The translations under genes and the position numbers were made by a program. The notes below the pieces were generated by a model. That model was given only the letters and a program-made list of their open reading frames with translations. It searched no databases and was not told the origin of the DNA. Shown here piece after piece: positions 37,601-49,700 of a DNA stretch of 64,000 bases. Within the stretch, counting starts at the first letter, position 1, and each line of letters begins with the position of its first letter. The stretch is from Azolla caroliniana (Eukaryota > Plantae > Polypodiophyta): the NCBI GenBank assembly GCA_043228905.1, contig JBHGNT010000001.1:5208001-5272000 (forward strand), given 5' to 3'.

Positions 37601-40600
37601 TAAGCATTCAAATAACTCAAATACTTCAGTTTCATGAATAAACAGTTTAATTTAGCATTTAAAGGTACAAAGCAATGAGATGCATTCGATTGTGAAAATT
37701 TTGAAGTTTTATCATCACATGTTAGATTTAAATCCGCATCAGATGTTAAACCTTTCAGCATTATTGGTAGAAGACTGCTTAAATATTGGAATTTCATTCA
37801 GATGATGGATGTTGATTTTGGTGCAAGATGAACATAATTGATGGTCCATGTTGCCAGTTCACTTTTTTGTGCAAATTTGTTTATTAATTAGCAGAATGTT
37901 CCTCTTAGTTTTGTTTCTCAGAATTATCCTCTTATATATGGTTTGGAGGCTTACTATCTGTGAAATAGCTGTTCTTATGAAGATAAACATAGCTAATGTT
38001 TCTCTACTGAGCCTATTTATTTTCAATCACTCAGTTTTTCTATATTGATAAGAATATTTTGCACAGAATCCCCCAAGTTTGCATTTGACACACGTGACTT
38101 TTAGTCCCAATGGTTCTGAGGCGCTCTTAAGCTACAGTGGCGAGCATGTGTACCTTATGGATGTGAATTTTGGTATCTTCCTCGTTACACCTTTGTATTC
38201 ATTTCTGAAAGGAATTATAACAAATTCCTAACCTTTTAAATACTGCAGGGAAAGACGATACTGTAATGTATGTCCCAAGTGATTTGCCGAAACGAATTGT
38301 TTTAGAACCCATTGTGAATGGGATTCAAAGTGCACCAACCAAAATAATGACAGGCAGACATGGGTCTCCTCAGGTTTCTACATGATTTATTTCGTCCTTT
38401 CTTATGTGTAAATGCTTGGAGCCAGGGTTCTATATCTTTGCACTGTAGCTTATTCAATTTGATTTGTATCAATCTAAATTCCTGGCTATGCTAGTTTTCT
38501 GAGTGCCAGGAATTGTTGGATGAAGCAAGGAAAGCATTGAGGGAAGATCAGAACTACCATTATGCAATAGAAATAGCATGTGAAGTACTGGACATTGGTG
38601 ATTCAATTATTGATTCCAATCTTCAGTTAGCTTTTCTATGTATACGTGCAGAGGCTTTCTTAAAGGTGGGTAAGGATATTGCTTACGTAGTTATGGATGG
38701 GTGAGTATTAATATGCACAGTGATATGACAGAGGCTATGGAAGAATGATGTGCATATGGCCGTAAGAGATTGCAACAAAGCCCGTGCTTTAGATCCATTG
38801 TCAGCTGAGGCACATAGTATTATGGCTGAAGCATTGTCACATGTAAGGCTCATCTATATTTCGTTCCTCTTCTTTTTGAATGTATCCTAGAATTAATTAA
38901 ATTTATTTAATTGCACATGAACAATGAAGCTTGGAAAACATATGGAGGCTCTAGACTATGCAATCAGAGCTCAGTACCTTGATCCCTCAAATAGAAAACT
39001 TGTCGAGAATGTAATTTCTTTGAGAGCTAAGCTGGATGCAGGTATTAACTTTGGTAATTTATTCTGAGCATTAAAGATGATAGCTAATTTTTTTCTCAAT
39101 CTAAAGTACATCCTCTTTATGTAATCAGCTGAGGAAGCAAGGATAAATGGTAATATAGATAGGAAGGATGCAGAGGGACAAGGTACATCAAAAATGCAGT
39201 CGTTAAGTGACCTTATAACTAGGTCAGAGGGAGACCAGGGTGACTTATCTCCTGAAAGCAGGCGCTCAGAAAGAGAAGGTTCTGATTTTGATGATGACAT
39301 GGAAATGGAAATGGAGATTGAGGTGCTGGTTGGAGGTGAAGATGAAAGAGAGGGAGAGATGGGTCCACGGCAAGGATCAAGTTTGAATCTAAGATTAAGG
39401 CGAAGGGTCAACAATAACAGAGAGAGAAGCACAAAGATACAACCGTCTGGGTCTGGAACAGCAAGCAACAGTGAACCTTTAGAGGTTCTTTTGTAATGTC
39501 TTGGATTATTGAGACATTTATGAAGATTCAGATATATTTTCTTACATAGGATTTCATATGAAATTTCAGCTGCCAGAACTAGCATTGGACATGCGACAGA
39601 GATATGTTGGGCATTGCAATGTTGGTACAGATATAAAACAAGCAAACTTTCTAGGAGAGAAAGGTAATTTTAGTGTAGATTGACAGGAATTTAAACTTGA
39701 ATCCATACTTTTAGGGACAAAGGACTAGCAATGCATCAGATTGAAGGATGTACTATTAGTGAGTCTTCCATGATATTTTACAACACAGCCTGCTAAATAA
39801 ATGTCATTTGAAGTTCCAGACAAATTGCCATATTTCACTACATTCATTTGCAATGGCTTTGTATGCTTGCACTCATGCCTAGAGGAACTATATCTCAGGT
39901 GACTATGTTGCAAGTGGGAGCGATGATGGAAGATGGTTTATTTGGCATAAAAGAACTGGAAGGTTGATGAAGCTTCTTAAAGGAGATGAAAATGGTATAA
40001 TCCAAAAGAATTTAGCTGGTAGTAGTCATTTAATTTGATTGGCTGTAGACTTTGTTATTATATACCTCTGTTCTACTTGCAGTGATCAACTGTATACAAT
40101 GTCATCCATTTGACTCAGCTGTTGCCACAAGTGGCATAGATAATACAATCAAAGTAAGTGAATTGTATGAATGCACTGTGTCTTTTATGTAAGTGTTTAT
40201 GCTCCATTGAACTTTATAACTTTAGCATATGATCAATGCTTTTCTCTTCATACAGATGTGGACACCTTGTGCCCAAGAGCCTTCTCTTGTTTCAGGGGGT
40301 GTGTCTGGACCAGAAATTTCAGATTATTTGCAAATTATGGGTGAAAATCAGAAAAAAATGCGTCGCCCAAGAGAGATTGGCTTGTAAGTAGTTTAAATCA
40401 TTACTAATTAGAGAACAGTATCTAGAATATTAAAAATAAGAAAAAGTAAAAACTAGCAGCTAGATTTATTTCTTTATAACTGGTTTAGTATTTATCTAAG
40501 CATTAATCAAGAGTTTCTCTAATATATACCTAATCCATTTTTATTGAATTTTGATTGATCTCATAACCAATTCTTATATTGTGATGCCCTCAGTGATTAG

Positions 40601-42030
40601 AAAAGCTTTATTTATTGATGTAAAAAATTTATTGATTTGTTTTTGAAGAAAAATGCTAAAAATACTGTCTACCGCCTAGTTATATTTGAAGCTTTGCAGC
40701 ATCGCTTTTGTATTAGAAGTAGATATATTAAGTACAGTGTTTAATATAGAGGACATCTGTTTTTGATATTATAGCTTTATTTGTTTTTAGAAGAATACTG
40801 CTCCAGCCTGGCAATATTTAAAGTTTTGCTGTATTTTCTGTCTAATTAGAAGCAAGTATTAGAGAAATTTTTAATAAAGGACTTATTTTTTTGATGGGAT
40901 TTTTGCGAACATATTTTGTTCAGAATCCTAAGTTTGCATTTGAAACATCCAGTAAATGTTTTTCTGGTAGTTGGCAAGTATATTTATGTTGCTGGATAGA
41001 TTCTAGTAGCCTGAATCTCTGTGATTGTATTTCACATTCTGAGAAAAACATATCAGAAAATTTGGCAGATTTTTGCCAATGTTTAACTTCTCAATATATG
41101 TGAAGTGCTGTTTTCCTTAGAGACTGACTGAAGTTGTTGAGAAGCCTGAAATGGATTTCAGCTGTTTGGCATATGAACCCTCAAAAACTTAGGGGCTTTG
41201 TGTGGATTGGTACCATAATAATCTACATTTGAGACGATTTCAGTCTCAAGTTCCTGTACAACTAGCCTGGGATTCTTGGTTTCCGTATATATTTGCTAAC
41301 ATCAATATATAGCCTCAAGTTTCTGTATGAGTATGCCCTTTGAGAGTATGTATGGTCTGACCGAAGGTTATAATGGGCATTGACATCCTCGTGCTCATTA
41401 TATAAACATTGGCTTGATTCAAATGCTGACGGTTTCCTGTTTTTTCTATTTTGGTCTGCTTTGTGTGGATAAATTCATTGTTGATGATATCAAATGTCTA
41501 CCTAGATATAGTTAAGAAATCCATGATACCAATGAGTAGCATATAGGTTTAAGTATCTGAGTTCTGAAGCATGCTCTTTTTTAGAGTGACACTATCGTCC
41601 CCCTGTTTATTGTGTATTTGTGGAATCATGTGAAGTGTTTAGATTACATCTCAATGTCAAATATATGTAATATGGTTACGTAAGTTCCTGAAAAAATAGA
41701 GTTCTAGTGTTCTCTAACATCAGAATTGTATATATATATATATATATTTTTGCTAACATATTTTCTGTTCAAATGTAATTGTGTACATGATTTATGTTTT
41801 TATAATGTAATGGTATCAGAATCAGTTCCGATTACATTCCTCTCAGGCTACTTGTGAACATAATAAACCAAGACAATGTGTTTTCTTTATAATTTTGGTT
41901 CTGTTATTGGCACCCATTCTCACAAATATGCATGATTTTAATTTTTTGCAGCCCAATCGAGATTTTGCAGCGATTTAGGATTCCAGCAGAACATGGGATG
42001 CGGCCACCTTTGGAGTGCATACAAAGTTAA
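31610..42030 (+). CDS. ASG2: WD40 + TPR protein ASG2 / WDTC1-like (DCAF-type), about 765 aa, C-terminal CaaX
   Basis: 19 in-frame exons: 31610-31705, 32621-32704, 34349-34426, 34506-34640, 34777-34863, 36751-36885, 36964-37079, 37164-37281, 38067-38172, 38249-38373, 38495-38665, 38732-38842, 38930-39041, 39129-39484, 39570-39663, 39899-39994, 40083-40153, 40256-40383, 41952-42030. Motifs are GHQGCVNALAWN, CHTRRVKKLAVE, GGSDAFARLYDRRML, WKNDVHMAVRDC and YVGHCNVGTDIKQA; the protein ends in CIQS*. Confidence 0.95.
32836..33407. repeat. Tandem duplication of a unit of about 299 bp in ASG2 intron 2
   Basis: tagtgaagttctgagaggtc occurs at 32836 and 33135, with near-identical continuation. Confidence 0.92.
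36240..36640 (+). mobile_element. RTE-X/L2-like LINE 3' remnant in ASG2 intron 5
   Basis: TSSRQL..., HYTCRCSTYQDIRDK and KLMGNKDRRELGFFLVELHR parallel the C-terminus of the element at 5080-5356. Confidence 0.55.
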
Positions 42031-43722
42031 ATGATATTATTGAAGAGCTTCCATTGGTTCTAAATCCATATATATCTGCAACCAGGAAATTATGTGCTCC
42101 GATACTGTGTATAGCTCAGGAGTAAAATGAAATCTTAAATTTGGTGATGCATCCATACACATCTCGAGTCTCTTAAATTTGGATTTGTACTAAAGGTAAT
42201 TTGGCAATCCATTATCACACCAGTGTTCATACATCGAAATACAATACAATGCCCACTCTTTAGGTGAGTGTATCATAATTCTGTACATCCATGAAGAATT
42301 GCATGTGCGAAGATTGGTGTTACATATTAAAAGCACATAACTGTAAGTTCCAACCGTTCCAACCCTATCATGTATGTAAGCATATTCCCACCTTGTGATT
42401 GTAAGAAAAAAATAATGCAAATGTTGTCACTCACTAATAAGAGAAAGTGATATTGCCCTTCGTTCCCTTAACAGCCAGCTTAGTCTCTTCTACTATGATA
42501 TACTCCGGATATACTGGTTTTATGTGTGTAGCAAGAATTGTTTGACATTCATGATCAATCAGATTGTTTTGTTTCTTATGGATTATGTATATAACACGGT
42601 TTATGTATTTTACATGCATGCCATTGTAATAATTGTGTATCTGAAGTTGGTGATGTGAACTTTGAAACATGATTGTTGCCACAAGAATGGAAAGTAATGT
42701 ATCCTTTGTGAAGGCAAAATGGGATGCAAGGTAAATTGAATGTGAGATGAGAAGTTGCATCATAATAAGCAAAAGTAATGTATACTTTGTGATGATACAA
42801 ACAAGATGCAAGGAAACTGGTGAGTCAAGTTGCATTACAAAAGCAATGCTAACTTTCAATCCCAAATTTGGCAGAAGTTCAGATCATCAACCATCCATTC
42901 AACTGAAAAGAGTGAATGAAGAATGTAAAGGCCTAAATATTTTGATGATTAATTTTGTCAGGTATTTGCCAAAAACAAACGCCACTCATGATATAGTGTG
43001 ATTTGTTGGACAGATGACGTATTGAAGTCTTCATCTTTTGTGGTTCATAATACCAATGTTAACATGAAAGAAAGCAAATGTTGGAAAGAGTTTCAAGGTC
43101 AAGATTAGAAATATTACTTGGGGAGAACATGAGCCTAGTGAGTTGAGATTTAAATATTGTGGTTCATGGTCACATCAATAGTGAATATAGCTTGCCTTTT
43201 ACTTTTCTTCTCATTGAATAATATTTGTCCTTGAGCACATTTCTGCAAATTGTACTTTCAAATGCCACATTTTAAAATTGTTCCTATTCTATATTGTTCA
43301 CGTAATTGTTTCTATGTCTCTTATGGAAAACAAAAGTGTTTAATCATAGCATTGTTTGATTTATGCATTGCAATGGCTTCCACAAAGACATAATGACCAA
43401 ACAAGGATATATTTGTCAAAGGGGACCCAACATTACTAGCAATTCAATGATTGTTTTTTAGCATAAATTTGGTATTTTTTGTAACATCTACAAGATGTAT
43501 AAACTTGAAAACCAATCCCAAATTGTAATCCAAAACCACATAATGATAAGCATGGAATAGATGTTTACTTACTTACACTTAATTTAAGTAAGAAGACATG
43601 GAGGTAGTGCCCTAACTACAATAGCATAATTATTAAGTACGACAATATACATATCATCTCCACTTAACTTGTCCACAAATATACATATCATGTAAAGCTC
43701 AAACCTAAATGAATCATATGAT

Positions 43723-43723
<1 letters not shown>

Positions 43724-43760
<37 letters not shown>
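43724..43760. repeat. (CT)n microsatellite at the CaM-KMT 5' end
   Basis: A perfect CT run lies upstream of a likely 5'UTR intron (43787-43927). Similar (GA)n, (CT)n or (TTC)n runs occur near 3773, 8826, 18323, 30953, 31123, 31444 and 63450, several at gene 5' ends. Confidence 0.9.
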
Positions 43761-43763
<3 letters not shown>

Positions 43764-43941
43764 GCCGAGATCAAAACGGAATCAAGGTAAGTGTTAAATC
43801 TCCTTTGGTCATGTTGTTGGTTCTTTCAAGAATAAGGGAGAGACAGAGGGGTCTTGGGATCTTGAAAAACCTCTCTTCCTGTGTTTGGTTTCCTGGAGCT
43901 AACTAAAATAACCTTCCCTCGCTACAGTCTATCTATACAAC

Positions 43942-46900
43942 ATGGCACCTCCATCGGAAGCGTCTCTGAGGTGGAGCTTACTTCGACATCACTTGCTCTC
44001 GAGAGGTTGGATATCTCTTCTGCAAAATCCTGTTTTTTTTTTTCTCTTGCTCTCTCCTTCTCCGTACAATTTGTAGTTTACTATATGTATGCATGAATGT
44101 ATGGATAGATGTACATATGTATATGGGTATGCATGTAAGAATGGATGTGTATGCGTATTAATGTATGTAATTTGTGTTTATGTATAAATGTGTGTATCTC
44201 AGCTAATTGAAAGGTACTGACGCCTACCTTGGAGATTCCATCCAAGCATTTATATACGTTTGTATGTATCTTTACATGGTCTGACTTCTTCTAAGAATCA
44301 GGATCAAGATTCAGATATATGCGTGGCTATATCTATGCATGAAACATACGTATGTGTGTGTGTGTGTGTGTGTGCATATGTATATCTATGTATCTATATA
44401 TTGTGTCCATTGGTATAATTTCTTTGAGGGATTAGGATTGCGGGGTTTTTATACACATGCAAATCTTTAGGTTTGTTGTATGTAATTTTTTCTAATATGT
44501 TTGAGATAATGTGTAAACAAATCTTGGTGTGAATCAGGTGGTCCAATGAAAGATGAGCTTGTAAAGGTTTCAAGGCGGCCTCACGGTAATTTTGGATTGA
44601 TTATGTTTGAGAAAGTAAATTCTAATGCAGAAATAAGAGGAGATGAGGGATGGACTGGAAAAGAACAAAAAGGAAATAATGTCTTTTTCAAGTATACTCT
44701 GCCTTCAAATCCAAGAATTGAGCTTGTGTTACTGTAAGTTTTACTGCTACTGCTGTTTTCTTCAGCCTTATCTGGCACTGTATTATGTAACATTTGAGGA
44801 TTGTCACCGGATTTAGGTTCAGTATCTAGGGATAATGACTTTATTTAATGTTCTTGTGTTAAGGTTTGATGGCTTTAGATTTTGTGGTTTATCAATTAAC
44901 TTTAGGGTTTTTATCAGCTTAGAATTTATTAGTTAATAGTTTAGAGCAGGTATTACTACGTTCTTTACTTTTATATCTGATGTTTATATAATGTATCAGT
45001 TGATGGTTGTAACTTTGGTCTCATAGGTAATTTTGGCCTTTAGCAGATTCTAGTAGTCATATTGCTAATATAGCTGTAATCTGACATTTTGACTCTCTGC
45101 AAAGCAAATAATGAAGACCATACATAATTTAATTTTTACCTTTTTGCAAATAGTAGTATTGCATTACATTTCTTTCCTTTAATACACCAAAATGTGTATT
45201 TGTTGCAAGTGCAATGCTATGGGGAATCATGGAAATACAAACTAATTAAAACATGATAATTAACATCAATCAATAGATTTGAAGGCGTGGAAAGGTTTCA
45301 TGATTCAAAATATAATAGTCCAGGAATCAATAGAATCCAAACAAATCATGGAAACGGCATATGATATAAAATAGCATAATCAGTCTATGGACTTCAAAGG
45401 TTCTTTTACCTTTAAAATCCTAAAATCCTTGAATCTAAACCCAGGAAAGTAAAAGAATGTTTCAGCATTCCCAAAGGGAACTTCTAAGAAGTGTGATTCA
45501 ACTCCTAAGCACTGCACTGAAAGTGGGAATATACTGTGGTGAAGAGAGTCAGGGATAGGATGAAGTCTCACTTAATCAATACTCCGGATGACCATTCATG
45601 GAATTCGTTTTATTAAATCTTTCTATCAAACGTTGGCTTCATGTTTAGATTATTCATATTTAGCATTCATTATAATATGTTGGAATTTTCTCAGTCAACA
45701 CATGATTGTTTAATCTTTTAGCCAACGGAAGGAAGATGAAGCTCAGTTATCTGATCTAACTTTCTCAACCAAGCATGGAATTGATATGACAGGGCTTGTA
45801 GGTAAGCATCTCTCAATTTTAGAATTTATCACAGTTATTGAAACTTGTGTTTTTTTACTTCATAAATGGTAGAGGTTAAAGGACATCAAATCTATTCTAG
45901 GTCTAACTGAACAAATAATTTTACCAGATTCTTCTGAATCAGATTGCAACTGCATATGTACTATCACATTTTGCAAGTTGGCATACCTGGATATCTTGAT
46001 AAATGGATATAGAAGATATTTAATGCCTCTATTATATTGCTATACTGCTCATCATGATGTTGAAATTGCATGGTTTCTTCATTGCTGTAATTTCCCTAGT
46101 GTCCACTGGCAAAGTTTTCCTCTGCCATCACAGTTTTGTGCTTATTATTCATCTTCACCGGGGAACAAGTTGTTTGCGTAAATTGTCATAGCACCTATTC
46201 TTTAGTGAGTTTCATTGATAAATGTGTTGTGCTTCCCATAAGTGTAATCATGATTCATCTCATAGGACATTAATATATTTTTCTTTTATGCTCTCTTTGC
46301 TGATATAACAAAGCACGCCCACCCTCATACAGAAGACAGGCATGATGATGAGAATGGTATGCTTTGTAGAGTTTATCTCTAGAAGATAAATTACTAACTC
46401 ATTGTGAAAAATAATCGAGCACTATTTGTTTTCTACTATTTTTCACTAGGTGGCATGCATGGAATGGGGTTGATATAGAAATCTTCAAAGGCATTGAAGG
46501 ACGAAACTGATTGTTAGTATTTAAGCTGAAAGAGATTGCATTTATGTTTTCATTATCTAGTTTTAGTTTGTAAACATCTAGATTTAACAGCAACCTCAAT
46601 TTTTGGATAAAGCTAAACCTCACTTTGAATTAGGGAATGGGGATTAGATGGTGTCAATAAAGCCACATTTTGAAAGGCTTTTGATCCTCAAAACATGTTC
46701 TAGTACACATATCTTTTTCTCTTTAAATTATGGAAAGATTTCTGCTTTTCTTTGAGTTGATTACTGCTTTATTTTGCACCAGCTTATTGCCTTCACATTA
46801 GGTCCATTATTAATGTTTTCTTCTTGTCTGGATGCTTTCATGTTTTTTTGGTCAGGATTATGGCCCGCAGAGGAGGTTCTGACACATTTTTGCATCAATA

Positions 46901-48176
46901 ATCCTTCAATTTTCAGGTAACCATAAATTTTTTTTATGGTCTTCTAATTTTTAGGCAAGTCAATGTGGTTTGAGCTAATCAAACCTTTTCTGAACATACA
47001 GGAATAAGAGGGTATTAGAACTTGGATCAGGTTATGGATTGGCAGGTCTAGCTATTGCCGCTTGCACGGATGCATCAGAGGTTGTTCTCACCGATGGAAA
47101 CCCACAAGTGCTTCAATGTATCCTCATCTGATTGAAATTTTGGTTAGTTGGTTCTTATTTAATATGATGAGTCAATAGCTATGAACTGAATTACATTATG
47201 ATCTTTCACGTTTGGTTATAGTACTACTGAATCTAAACCCTAGTACAACAAATTCTATACTGATGAATTGATACTGTTCTGACGATCTTCCACTTTTTTC
47301 ATTGTCATGTTGCATGATTACTCGTGTTTTCTTGGCCCTCACGGTCTGTTTTTTTTCTAGTTTTATTTCTTCTCTTAGTTAGGGTTTAATTTGGGGGCGT
47401 AATTCCTGTTTGTTGTGACAAACAGCAGGGCAGTACAAATTGTACCCTTAACCTATTCCGAACTATACATATGAATTGAACTCAACACAAGTCCTCACGA
47501 TGCAATGTTTCATAAGATAAATTAAAGTTTTGAACAAAGTTTCTTGATTTTACATATTTGTTCCCTTAATTGGTGCAGATGTGGAACATAACATATTCAG
47601 AAATTCTATGAGCTTTGGGAAGACGGAAGTGCGTGGTTGTGTTCTTCGCTGGGGCAAGGAGTTGCCTGTTCACTTTTTCAAGTCTTTTGACATTGTTGTC
47701 GCCGCAGATTGGTAAAAATGAAAAACAAACAATCGTTTAGTTTTATGGGACGAATTGAATTCTTTTGGATCTTTCTAACCAAGTTATTCACTGTTTGTTA
47801 TAATGGTATCTAAATGGGAACGGAATTCCTTTAGATCTATCTTAATCAAAGCATTCTTTCTTCTTTTTTGTTATGTTCTAGTACCTTCTTCAGTGGATCA
47901 CATGTAGACTTGGCACAGTGTGTGGAAAGCTTGTTGAAAAGATCAAGTGATTCTCGAGCATTTTTCTTTAATCCTGAGAGAGATGGGACGTTGTATTCAT
48001 TTGTGCAACAAGCAAGAAGCTCTGGATTAGATGTAGAGTGTAAGGATCAATATGATGATGCTCTCTGGGGTGCACACCAGCGCCTCGTACAGGAAAAAAC
48101 ACCAAATTGGATAAACTATAGTGCAAACCATTGCTACCCACTCCTAACTATTTTGAAACTTTCAAATCGTATATAA
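43942..48176 (+). CDS. CAMKMT: Calmodulin-lysine N-methyltransferase, about 314 aa
   Basis: Exons 43942-44005, 44538-44733, 45722-45801, 46856-46916, 47002-47117, 47579-47711 and 47882-48176 join in frame. Motifs are ASLRWSLLR, IDMTGLVGLWPAEEVL, KRVLELGSGYGLAGL, LTDGNPQV, FDIVVAADCTFF and NHCYPLL. Confidence 0.93.
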
Positions 48177-49079
48177 CTTATTGGAAGTTGAAGGTGGTGT
48201 TCTTGGGTTTGTGAGTTTATTTAATGTTCTCTTGGTTTTAGATTCTATGGTTTTTATTTGGAGTCTTCAATATAATTTATTGGAGTAGATGCCGAATGGA
48301 TCAAGGCTGCATTCTATTGTTTTGAGAAGCCCTAAATTGAGAAGCTATTGTAATACTTCTATTTTGATCTCATGTTTTTATTATTTATTGTTTGAAGATG
48401 ACATTTTTACTCAGACACTGATCAATATTTATACATTGTTAGATAATTTCATATTCTCTTCAATCTTCTGTCACTAAAGTTTTTTTCAAGCAAAGAGCCA
48501 CTTTGTATAGTGATTGTTTACATAATGCAAGGTCTCTAGTTATGGAAAGGAGCCATTTTGTTGTTGAATCCCAATCCATGTATATGTCATGCCAACGTTG
48601 ATTGATTAGTATGCTTTAAATTGAAATGTTTGTAAAATATGAGTTTTATTGGTCACCAAGGTAAAATATAAAGATGTAGATTGGAAGTTGTTTCCATCCT
48701 ACATTGATAAGTTTGTGAATGACATCATCCTAAATGTGTGCTTGTCTCGATTATAAATCTAGACTTCCAATTCTATCATGTCTTACCTTGATCATAACTT
48801 CACACATTTCTAAAAGGTATAATTGTTAACCTTAGTCTTCATACTAAAGGAGGCTCGATCATAAATAGGTCATTTTGAAAAACAAATAATAAAGAAGCAT
48901 GCTTTTGGAATTTATGATGGTTCGTAGTAATTTCCCTCAAAGGTATGTAACACCTTTTCTTTTGTGTACAACAACATCATTCCTCCCATGGGTGTGGGGA
49001 CAATAATGGCAGCTAATTATGTGGATGTGACTGATTAGCCAAGCATAACACTTCAATTTATATGCTAAAATCCAAGCCA

Positions 49080-49700
49080 CAAGGTAAAACCCAAATACTT
49101 AGGAGAGGATGGAATGTAAAGATAAATAGTTGTATGCACTAAATGTGAAATGATTTAACAATCTTAAGCTTTAGAGGTGGACCTCCATACCATGGTCCAC
49201 GAGGATGTTAACTATTTCTTTTATGTAAGGAATCGGGATGTTAGCAATTTGCTTAAGAAAGAACAAGAGGTGGTCATTCTTTGTTACAAAGGTTTTATAA
49301 CCTTGAGCCTTCTTAAGAGTCCAATTGTCCTCCCCATTCTCTCTATCTCACTTAGCGCATGGAATGAATTAGAGAAAAACCAAAAAATGTTCTTATGTAG
49401 AATATTGGGAGTTCTCAACACCTTGTGCTATCATGCTTATTAGAAACGTGTGCTCAACCCATAGAGGTACTAACCATGCAAAGAGTATACAAGTATGTTA
49501 TAGAAGTCAGGAATATGCTTGATCATAGATTGCAAAAACAAGCTTGGATCATAGGATGCAAGGTATCAAAAACTAATACAATCAAAATCCTCTCATCTAG
49601 CTGAGTGCTTGACATTCAAATATTGTTTAAGAGATGGGGAGTAAAAGATCTATTGGAGCTCTGAAGTGATACTATGAAGTATGTGATCATTGAGGAAACA
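49080..49700 (+). mobile_element. RTE-X/L2-like LINE ORF remnant
   Basis: KYLG is followed by WNELEKNQKMFLCRILGV..PIEVLTMQRVYKYVIEVRNMLDHRLQKQAW, a typical region downstream of RT in this LINE type. Confidence 0.6.

Noticed and set aside
38971-39645. 224-aa minus-strand ORF
   Set aside because: It is the antisense shadow of ASG2 exons 13-15.
47233-47241. CTAAACCCT as a telomerase RNA template or interstitial telomere
   Set aside because: It is a single 9-mer in an intron, with no array and no USE/TATA Pol III promoter upstream.
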